Source: Longivirga aurantiaca
Lineage (GTDB): Bacteria; Actinomycetota; Actinomycetes; S36-B12; CAIYMF01
Direction of reading: 5' to 3'
Assembly (NCBI RefSeq): GCF_042660085.1
Contig: NZ_JBHSTI010000002.1
Span: 450,001-482,000 of the forward strand
Length of the DNA: 32,000 nucleotides
Position 1 is the stretch's first letter; every line of letters begins with the position of its first letter. Positions 18,972 through 26,218 of this stretch are shown here, in pieces. Below the pieces are notes generated by a model. That model made no database searches. It worked only from the letters and a program-made list of their open reading frames with translations, and was not told the origin of the DNA. Made by a program: the position numbers and the translations under genes.

Positions 18972-19466
18972 ATGACCGACGTGCGACCGATCCCGCTGAC
19001 CCTGCTCGACGGCTCCGCCACGACCCTCGGCGAGGTGGCCGGCGACGGGCCGGTCCTCGTGGTCAACGTGGCGAGCCGGTGCGGCCTCACGCCGCAGTAC
19101 GCCGCGCTCGAGGAGCTCGCGCGCACGTACGGGCCGCGTGGGCTGACGGTGCTCGGTGCCCCGTGCAACCAGTTCCTCGGGCAGGAGCCGGGCAGCAACG
19201 AGGAGATCGCCGAGTTCTGCTCGATGACCTACGGCGTCACGTTCCCCCTCACCGACAAGGTCGAGGTCAACGGCGAGGGCAGGCACCCGCTGTTCGCCCA
19301 GCTGACGGCCGCCGCGGACGCCGAGGGCCACACCGGCGACGTCCGCTGGAACTTCGAGAAGTGGCTCGTCTCGCGCGACGGCGAGGTCGTCGCCAGGTTC
19401 GCGCCGATCACCAAGCCGGACGCCGCCGAGGTGGTCGCTGCGGTCGAGGCATCGCTCGAGGCCTGA
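18972..19466 (+). CDS. Glutathione peroxidase family (cysteine form)
   Basis: VLVVNVASRCGLTPQYAALEEL, LGAPCNQFLGQEPGSNEEIAEFC, VRWNFEKWLVSRDGEVVARF. Confidence 0.95.
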   Translation: MTDVRPIPLTLLDGSATTLGEVAGDGPVLVVNVASRCGLTPQYAALEELARTYGPRGLTVLGAPCNQFLGQEPGSNEEIAEFCSMTYGVTFPLTDKVEVNGEGRHPLFAQLTAAADAEGHTGDVRWNFEKWLVSRDGEVVARFAPITKPDAAEVVAAVEASLEA

Positions 19467-19532
19467 CCGCACGGTGAGACGTCCGGCACACACCGAATCG
19501 CTCAGGCCCACGTCGTCGCAGGTCACAGCCTG

Positions 19533-19549
19533 ATGCGAACGATTCGCAT
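19533..19549. promoter_or_regulatory. Palindromic operator-like element upstream of ndh
   Basis: ATGCGAA-CGA-TTCGCAT, 7 bp arms, 45 nt upstream of the TAACCT -10 candidate. Confidence 0.45.
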
Positions 19550-19606
19550 TGGGATTGCTGGACTTGCGGCGGTGCGGGCCTGGTGAGGTCGCCCTAACCT
19601 GGACGC

Positions 19607-20947
19607 ATGAGCACCAACGACACGACCAGCACGGTCCCGCGCATCCTCATTGTCGGCGGAGGGTACGTCGGCCTCTACACGGCGCTGCGCCTCGGCTCGA
19701 AGCTGCAGCGCGGCGAGGCCGTCGTCACCGTCGTCGACCCGCGCTCGTACATGACCTACCAGCCGTTCCTGCCCGAGGCGGGCGCCGGCTCGATCCAGCC
19801 GCGGCACACCGTCGTCCCGCTGCGCCAGACGCTGCCGGACGCCGAGATCATCACCGGCTCCGTGCAGTCGGTCGAGCACGCCCGCAAGGTCGCGGTGATC
19901 GAGCCGCTCGAGGGCGAGGCGTACGAGCTGCCGTACGACGTGCTCGTGATGGCCGTCGGCGCGGTGCCGCGGGTGCTCCCCATCCCGGGGCTGGCCGACT
20001 GGGCGATCGGGTTCAAGAACGTCGAGGAGGCCATCGCCCTGCGCAACCACGTGCTCGAGTGCCTCGACATCGCCGAGACGGCGACCGATCCCGCGATCCG
20101 CGAGCGGAACCTCACCTTCGTCTTCGTCGGCGGCGGGTACGCCGGCGTCGAGGCGATCGCCGAGATCGAGGACCTCGCCCGCTACGCCACGCGCTACCTG
20201 CGCAACGTCACTCCCGCCGACCTGCGCTTCGTGCTGGTCGAGGCCACGAACCGGATCCTCCCCGAGGTGGGCGAGGAGATGGGTCGCTGGACCGTCGAGC
20301 AGCTGCGCGAGCGCGGCCTCGAGATCCGGCTCGAGACGCGGCTCGAGTCGACCGTCGAGGGGCACGTGATCCTGTCCGACGGCGCCCAGATGCTGTCGGA
20401 CACCGTGGTGTGGACCGCCGGCGTGAAGGCCCACCCGCTGCTCGAGGCCACCGACCTCCCGCTCGACGACCGAGGCCGCCTCGTGTGCGCCACCGACCTG
20501 CGCGTGGTCGGCGTGGAGGACGCGTGGGGCGCCGGCGACTGCACCGCCGTACCCGACCTGACCAACCCCGGGACGTTCTGCTCGCCGTCGGCGCAGCACG
20601 CGGTGCGCCAGGCGAAGGTGCTGGCCGACAACGTCATCGCGGTGATGCGCGGCTTCGAGCCCGCCGACTACAAGCACAAGCACAACGGCTCGGTCGCCTC
20701 GCTCGGCCTCTACAAGGGCGTCGCGCAGGTGAAGGGCATCCAGATCAAGGGATTCCCGGCCTGGTTCCTGCACCGGACCTACCACATGAGCAAGGTGCCG
20801 ACGACGCGCCGCAAGGTGTCGGTCATCGCCGACTGGACGATCGCGTTCCTGTTCAAGCGGGACGTCACCAGCCTGTGGGGCACGCACGAGCAGCTGCGCA
20901 ACAGCTCCTCGCTCGTGCAGCACGAGAGCCGCAAGCGCGCCGGCTGA
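19607..20947 (+). CDS. ndh: Type II NADH dehydrogenase (NAD(P)/FAD-dependent oxidoreductase)
   Basis: RILIVGGGYVGLYTALRL, YDVLVMAVGAVPRVLPIPGL, LTFVFVGGGYAGVEAIAEIEDL, GVEDAWGAGDCTAVPDL. Confidence 0.94.
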   Translation: MSTNDTTSTVPRILIVGGGYVGLYTALRLGSKLQRGEAVVTVVDPRSYMTYQPFLPEAGAGSIQPRHTVVPLRQTLPDAEIITGSVQSVEHARKVAVIEPLEGEAYELPYDVLVMAVGAVPRVLPIPGLADWAIGFKNVEEAIALRNHVLECLDIAETATDPAIRERNLTFVFVGGGYAGVEAIAEIEDLARYATRYLRNVTPADLRFVLVEATNRILPEVGEEMGRWTVEQLRERGLEIRLETRLESTVEGHVILSDGAQMLSDTVVWTAGVKAHPLLEATDLPLDDRGRLVCATDLRVVGVEDAWGAGDCTAVPDLTNPGTFCSPSAQHAVRQAKVLADNVIAVMRGFEPADYKHKHNGSVASLGLYKGVAQVKGIQIKGFPAWFLHRTYHMSKVPTTRRKVSVIADWTIAFLFKRDVTSLWGTHEQLRNSSSLVQHESRKRAG

Positions 20948-20962
20948 CCCGCCCGCTCGCGA

Positions 20963-21007
20963 TGATCAATCCGTTGTTTCCCGGTGCGGGAAGCGACGGA
21001 TTGATCA
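20963..21007. terminator. Long symmetric hairpin between ndh and ACT gene; terminator or palindromic element
   Basis: TGATCAATCCGT-tgt-TTCCC-ggtgc-GGGAA-gcg-ACGGATTGATCA: 12 bp + 5 bp perfect stems with symmetric 3x3 internal loop. Confidence 0.6.
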
Positions 21008-21062
21008 GTCTCAGGGCAGGGGTGGCGGCAGCGGCGCGGTCTCGGCTGCCTAGGCTGACGGC

Positions 21063-21581
21063 ATGACTCGCAGTCTCGCCGTCACGGTCCTCGGGCACGA
21101 CCGCCCCGGCATCATCGCCGAGGTCACCGGCGCGCTCGCCGCGCTCGGCGGCAACCTCGAGGACTCCTCGATGACGCTGCTGCGCGGCCACTTCGCCTGG
21201 ACCCTCGTCGTGTCGGTCGAGGCATCGGCCGGGGACGTCGCGGCACGGCTCGAGCACCTCACCGCCGAGGGCCTCGTCGTCTCCGTGCTCCCGGTGCCGG
21301 ACGCCGACGCCGCGGCCGTCGAGGGCAGCGCCTGGCTCCTGTCGGTGCACGGCGCAGACCGTCCGGGCATCGTCTCCGGGATCACCGGCGTGGTCGCCGA
21401 GGCCGGCGGCAACATCACCGACCTCACGACGCGGCTCGGCACGGGCCTCTACGTGCTCGTCGCCGAGGTGGCGCTGCCCGCCGACGTCGACGTCACGGCG
21501 CTGACGGCGCGGATCGACGCGGTGGCCGCGGACCTCGGCGTACGCGCCACGCTGCACGCCGCCGACGTCGACGAGCTGTAG
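21063..21581 (+). CDS. Tandem ACT-domain protein (GcvR-like)
   Basis: SLAVTVLGHDRPGIIAEVTGALAALGGNLEDSSMTLLRGHFAWTLVV and WLLSVHGADRPGIVSGITGVVAEAGGNITDLTTRL. Confidence 0.9.
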   Translation: MTRSLAVTVLGHDRPGIIAEVTGALAALGGNLEDSSMTLLRGHFAWTLVVSVEASAGDVAARLEHLTAEGLVVSVLPVPDADAAAVEGSAWLLSVHGADRPGIVSGITGVVAEAGGNITDLTTRLGTGLYVLVAEVALPADVDVTALTARIDAVAADLGVRATLHAADVDEL

Positions 21582-21588
21582 GCATCTC

Positions 21589-22137
21589 GTGGGGATCGTG
21601 GACGGGCGGATCGTCATGCCGCCGTTGCCTTCCGGGCAGGTGCTGCCCGTGGTAACGGTGCCGGCCGACGTGCTCTCGACCCCGTGCATCGACGTCGACC
21701 CGACCGATCCGGCCGTGGCGCAGCTCGCCGCCGACCTGCTCGCGACGCAGCGCGTCTCGCCGGGCTGCGTCGGCCTCGCTGCCAACCAGGTGGGCGTGGG
21801 GTGGCGGGTCTTCTCTCTCGACGTCTCGCAGCACCCGAAGGCACGTATCCACCACGGCGAGTACGTGCTCGTGAACGCACGGGTCGAGTCGTCGTCGCGC
21901 AACGAGAAGTCGCGCGAGGGATGCATGTCGGTGCCGGACTTCACCGGTGACGTGAAGCGGGCCTCGCGCATCGCCGTCCGCGGCTGGCTGCCCGGCTCCG
22001 GCGAGGAGGTCGTCGTCGAGACCGACGCGTTCGAGGCCCGCGCCCTGCAGCACGAGCTCGACCACCTCGACGGGTTCGTGTTCCTCGACCGCGTCGTCGG
22101 CCCGCACGCCGTCTTCCCGCGCAAGACCTACCTCTAG
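21589..22137 (+). CDS. def: Peptide deformylase
   Basis: GCVGLAANQVGVGWRVF, EGCMSVPDF, QHELDHLDGFVFLDRV. Confidence 0.95.
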   Translation: MGIVDGRIVMPPLPSGQVLPVVTVPADVLSTPCIDVDPTDPAVAQLAADLLATQRVSPGCVGLAANQVGVGWRVFSLDVSQHPKARIHHGEYVLVNARVESSSRNEKSREGCMSVPDFTGDVKRASRIAVRGWLPGSGEEVVVETDAFEARALQHELDHLDGFVFLDRVVGPHAVFPRKTYL

Positions 22138-22175
22138 CCCCCGGACGCCGCGGCACGCGGCAGACTGGTGCGCGC

Positions 22176-22249
22176 GCCCCCGTAGCCCAACTGGCAGAGG
22201 CATCCCGCTTAAACCGGGACCAGTGCAGGTTCGAGCCCTGCCGGGGGCA
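22176..22249 (+). tRNA. tRNA with anticodon UAA and short (type I) variable loop; isotype uncertain; no encoded CCA
   Basis: GCCCCCG TA GCCCAACTGGCAGAGGC A TCCCG CTTAAAC CGGGA CCAGT GCAGG TTCGAGC CCTGC CGGGGGC A; perfect acceptor (7 bp), anticodon (5 bp) and T (5 bp) stems. Confidence 0.85.
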
Positions 22250-22267
22250 CACGCGATTGAGGCGAGA

Positions 22268-22291
22268 GCAGTACGAGCTTGCTCGTACTGC
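22268..22291 (+). terminator. Hairpin downstream of tRNA(UAA)
   Basis: GCAGTACGAGC-tt-GCTCGTACTGC perfect 11 nt inverted repeat 18 nt past the tRNA. Confidence 0.55.
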
Positions 22292-22313
22292 CGAGCCGAT
22301 TGAGTGTGTTGAG

Positions 22314-22339
22314 CGAGGGCGGCGCTCTTCCGCCCCTCG
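22314..22339. other. Second hairpin in tRNA(UAA) downstream region
   Basis: cgagggcgg / ccgcccctcg, 9 bp with one bulge, 7 nt loop. Confidence 0.4.
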
Positions 22340-22666
22340 CGATCACTCCGCTTACATGCTCGGCGCATAGCGCCGCACTCTGAGCCACCTACCCGGCAGG
22401 GCTCGGGAGGAACCCCCGCGCGCCGCGCCCCGCCAGCGTCCCCGGCCACCCTCGGCCGAAGGCTGCACGTGCCCGCCCGCCGTCGGGCGCCCGACTAGCT
22501 AGCCGAGACGGCCCCTGCCGGGCGCGAGCTCCGCCGCGCCTCGGCCGCAGGCCGCGGCCGGCGCCCTCGCAGACACGTTCGACGTCCGCGATCGCACGGT
22601 GGGGCGCAGCGACGTACCGCGTCGGGGCGACAGCTCAGCTGCGGCATTGATCGGGGTGTCCTGCTG

Positions 22667-23884
22667 TCAGGACAGCCGCTCGACCACCATCGCCATGCCC
22701 TGGCCGCCGCCGACGCACATCGTCTCGAGGCCGATCTGCTTGTCGTGGAAGCGCAGCGAGTTGAGCAGCGTGCTCGTGATGCGCGCGCCCGTCATGCCGA
22801 AGGGATGCCCGACGGCGATGGCACCGCCGTTGACGTTGAGGCGGTCGACGTCGATCCCGAGCTCCCAGGCGGAGGCGAGCACCTGGGCGGCGAACGCCTC
22901 GTTGATCTCGACGAGGTCGACGTCGTCGATCGTCATGCCCGCGCGGGCGAGCGCCTGACGGGTCGCCTCGACCGGGCCGAGGCCCATGATCTCGGGCGAC
23001 AGCGCGCTGACCCCGGTGGAGACGATGCGTGCGAGCGGTGCGATTCCGAGCTCGGCTGCTCGTACGTCGGACATGATCACGACCGCCGCGGCGCCGTCGT
23101 TCAACGGGCAGCAGTTGCCGGCCGTCACCGTGCCGTCCGGCCGGAAGACCGGTGCGAGAGTGGAGACCTTCTCGAGCGTCACACCCGGGCGGGGCCCGTC
23201 GTCGGTCGAGACCATCGAGCCGTCGGGCAGCTCGAGCGGCACGATGTCCGTCGCCCAGAAGCCGTTGGCGATCGCGGCCTCGGCCAGGTTCTGGCTGCGC
23301 ACCCCGAACTCGTCCTGGGCGAGCCTGCTCACGCCGCGGATCTGCGCGACGTTCTCCGCGGTCTGACCCATCGCGATGTAGACGTCGGGCAGGCCGCCGT
23401 CGAGCGCCGGGTCGGTCCAGACCTCGGCTCCTCCCGCCGAGCGCGCGGCCGTGCGGTCCCCGGCCTCGGCGAAGCGCGCGTTCCTCGTGCCGGGCGAGCC
23501 GTCGCTGGCGCCGTGCGCGTAGCGGCTCACCGCCTCGACGCCGACCGAGAGGAAGGCGTCGCCCTCCCCGGCCTTGATGGCGTGGAACGCCATGCGCGTG
23601 GTCTGCAGGCTCGAGGCGCAGTAGCGGTTCACCGTCGTGCCGGGGATGTCGAGGCCAGCGAGCAGCGCGGTGACGCGGGCCAGGTTGTAGCCCGCCTCGC
23701 CCGCGGGCTGGCCGCAGCCGAGCATGACGTCGTCGAGGGTGGCCGGATCGAGCTCCGGCACTTGGGCGAGCGCGGCCAGCACCATCTGCGCAGCCATGTC
23801 GTCGGGGCGGAGGCCGGCGAGGCTGCCCTTCACGGCGCGGCCGATCGGGGAGCGGGCGACGGAGACGATGACGGCCTCGGGCAT
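22667..23884 (-). CDS. Acetyl-CoA C-acyltransferase (thiolase)
   Basis: [88 protein letters not shown]; start at [15 protein letters not shown]. Confidence 0.96.
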   Translation of the reverse strand: MPEAVIVSVARSPIGRAVKGSLAGLRPDDMAAQMVLAALAQVPELDPATLDDVMLGCGQPAGEAGYNLARVTALLAGLDIPGTTVNRYCASSLQTTRMAFHAIKAGEGDAFLSVGVEAVSRYAHGASDGSPGTRNARFAEAGDRTAARSAGGAEVWTDPALDGGLPDVYIAMGQTAENVAQIRGVSRLAQDEFGVRSQNLAEAAIANGFWATDIVPLELPDGSMVSTDDGPRPGVTLEKVSTLAPVFRPDGTVTAGNCCPLNDGAAAVVIMSDVRAAELGIAPLARIVSTGVSALSPEIMGLGPVEATRQALARAGMTIDDVDLVEINEAFAAQVLASAWELGIDVDRLNVNGGAIAVGHPFGMTGARITSTLLNSLRFHDKQIGLETMCVGGGQGMAMVVERLS

Positions 23885-24130
23885 GGTGCGCCTCTCGAGC
23901 GGGGTGGGGCGACCCGCGGTGAGGCGGGGCGCGGACCGTGGTGCGTCGTCAGCCGCGGGCCGGCGCCCGGGCAGTGCGCTGTGCGCTGTGCGCTGTGCAC
24001 AGTCTGCCGGGCGGGCCGCAGCGGCCGCCACCGCCGGGAACGCCGTGCCCTGCGTGCGCCTTCTCCACGCGGCCGCCGGCCGCAGCGGCGTTCTGCGTCC
24101 ATGAAGGCCGGAATTGTTCGGCTCTATTGG

Positions 24131-24147
24131 ATGAAGGTCGCCTTCAT
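24131..24147. promoter_or_regulatory. Palindromic operator in the thiolase / PemK-like divergent intergenic region
   Basis: ATGAAGG-TCG-CCTTCAT, positioned over the expected -35 of the TAGGTT promoter candidate at 24153-24158. Confidence 0.55.
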
Positions 24148-24165
24148 CTGGATAGGTTCGCGGGC

Positions 24166-24858
24166 GTGGGATCGATCAGGGTGCGCCTCGGGGCGTTGTG
24201 GGCGGCGGCGCGGGGGCGGTACTACCCGCACGGCACGCGGCGTCGGCGTACGTACCGTGAGGCGGCGCTCGCACTGTTCGGCCTCGCCGTGCTGGTGCCG
24301 GTGCTCGCCATCGGCTGGGTGCTGCTGACCTCGCCCGGTGCGGGCCGTGCGCTCCTGGTGATCGTCGGCGCGGTGCTGCTGGCGTTCGGGTCGCTCGTCG
24401 TGTTCGCGCAGCTCGACCGGCTGCAGCCCGGCCGGGCGCCGTGGTTGAAGGTCGTCCTGGCGTGGATCCTCGCTGCACCCGGAGCGGTCGCCGGCGTGGT
24501 GCTGCTCGTCGCCGACCTGCTGCGCGGGTCGGGCGGTGCCGCGCGGCTGCAGGCCGGCGAGGTGCTGTGGGCTGAGATGCCGAACGACGAGGACCGCGGC
24601 GCGACCTCGAAGGTCCGACCGGTCGTCGTGGTGGCCGACGAGGGCGACAGCGTGCTCGTGCGCTGGTTCACCAGCCAGGACAAGTCCCAGCGCCACGGAT
24701 ACGTCGAGTTCACGACCGCGATGCAGAAGCAGGCCGGCCTCGACGGTGTCGGGCACTCGACCTGGCTTTCCGGGGAGGCGCGGCCGCTGCCGCGCAGCGC
24801 GTTCCGCGACCCGGTGGGCAGGGTGCCCGCCGAGGTGCTGCACCGCCGCCCGAGCTGA
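24166..24858 (+). CDS. Membrane-associated protein with C-terminal PemK/MazF-like domain
   Basis: TMs ALALFGLAVLVPVLAIGWVLLTS, ALLVIVGAVLLAFGSLVVFAQL, VVLAWILAAPGAVAGVVLLVADLL; then LQAGEVLWAEMPNDEDRGATSKVRPVVVVADEGDSVLVRWFTS. Confidence 0.72.
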   Translation: MGSIRVRLGALWAAARGRYYPHGTRRRRTYREAALALFGLAVLVPVLAIGWVLLTSPGAGRALLVIVGAVLLAFGSLVVFAQLDRLQPGRAPWLKVVLAWILAAPGAVAGVVLLVADLLRGSGGAARLQAGEVLWAEMPNDEDRGATSKVRPVVVVADEGDSVLVRWFTSQDKSQRHGYVEFTTAMQKQAGLDGVGHSTWLSGEARPLPRSAFRDPVGRVPAEVLHRRPS

Positions 24859-24958
24859 CCGCCGTGCGCCGATCCGCCCCCGAGCGCTCCGGGCAGGCCC
24901 CCCGCCGTACGACGAAGGCCGCGCCCACCGGGGTGGACGCGGCCTTCGTGCGGAACGA

Positions 24959-25684
24959 CTAGCGGTTGGCGATCGACAGGAAGCGCAGCAGCTCCATGTA
25001 GAGCCAGACGATCGAGGACGCCAGCGACATGCCGAGCGACCACGACCAGTTGCGCGGCGCACCGCCCTGGATGGCCTGGTCGGCACGGCCGATGTCGATG
25101 AGCAGGGACCACGCGGCGAGCGCCACGCCGAGGGCGCAGAGCACGAGGCCGATCCCGCTCACGCCGTAGAAGCCCCAGCCGCCGCCGACGCCGAAGAGCA
25201 CGGCGACGATGTTGGCGAGGCCGAGCACGAGGTAGCCGATCGCGAGGCCCGCGAAGAGCTTGTAGGCGCGCGAGGCCTTCTTGCCCCACGAGGTGGAGTA
25301 CACGGCGAGCATGCCGATGACGCCGGCGAAGGTGCCGATGATCGCCTGGGTGATGAGCGCGACGTTGCCGCCCTGGCCCACGGCCATGTGCGAGAAGGCG
25401 CCCATCATGAGGCCGAGCGCGGCGCTGTAGACCAGCGCCAGCGGCGCGCTGACCGGCGAGCGGCGCGCGACGTAGATGCCGAAGAACATCAGGCCGATGA
25501 TCAGGGCGAGGTACAGCGCGAAGCTGCCGGACAGGTAGATCCAGCCCGGGACGGCGGCGACCACGGCGATACCGAGGCAGGCGGCGGTCGTGACGAGGAC
25601 GTCGGGGAGGGCGAGGCGCTCCTCGGCCTGCGGGGTGGTGTCCTGCAGCGCCTTCTGGACCTCGGCGAGCATCTGGTTGGCCAC
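24959..25684 (-). CDS. Bax inhibitor-1/YccA family protein
   Basis: Seven-TM pattern with SPVSAPLALVYSAALGLMMGAFSHMA and C-terminal ARVAYKLFAGLAIGYL-type region; GTG start with GGAG RBS. Confidence 0.88.
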   Translation of the reverse strand: MANQMLAEVQKALQDTTPQAEERLALPDVLVTTAACLGIAVVAAVPGWIYLSGSFALYLALIIGLMFFGIYVARRSPVSAPLALVYSAALGLMMGAFSHMAVGQGGNVALITQAIIGTFAGVIGMLAVYSTSWGKKASRAYKLFAGLAIGYLVLGLANIVAVLFGVGGGWGFYGVSGIGLVLCALGVALAAWSLLIDIGRADQAIQGGAPRNWSWSLGMSLASSIVWLYMELLRFLSIANR

Positions 25685-26218
25685 GTCAACTCCATCTGTG
25701 GGGGCCGGTGCAGCCGGGGTCGTGCACCCCGTCTGGGTCAGATCGTAGCCGCTCAGGCCTCAAAGGAAGAAGTCGAGATCGGGTGTTCGGACCCCACGGG
25801 AGGGAGATTCCGCTCAGAGCCGACCGCCGCTTCCGCTCAGGTGCGGGGAGCGCCGACCGATCGGGAAGCCGACCAGCACGACTCTGCCGCCTGCTCACGT
25901 ACCCCGGGCGTGGACCTTGCATCATCGACTTCCTGCGTCGCTGCCCCCATCCGCTCGCGGCTCATCGCGCTCGGCACGCTCGCCGAGGTCGCCTCGTCCG
26001 TCGCGTCAGCCGACGTCGCCGCCGCCGCGGTCGAGGAGCAGACGCGGAGCGCCACGCGCGAGCGCGCGGTCCTGGCCTCGACCCTCGAGGGCCTTGTCGG
26101 CGGCCTGCGCCACCGACCACGGCAGCGGCTCCCGGCGCGTCTGCGCGCCGGGAACCGCTGCTGCGGGCCGACGGTCGTACGGTCGGGGGAGCCACCAGCC
26201 CGACCGTGAGGACGCGCC

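Noticed and set aside
18972-19466. Possible selenoprotein glutathione peroxidase
   Set aside because: The active-site position is a TGC cysteine codon (VASRCGLT), no in-frame TGA.
22176-22249. Calling this tRNA plain tRNA-Leu
   Set aside because: Anticodon fits, but the short variable loop contradicts normal bacterial Leu tRNA architecture, so isotype is left open.
22745-24328. 527 aa plus-strand ORF opposite thiolase
   Set aside because: Shadow frame; thiolase active-site motifs lie on the minus strand.
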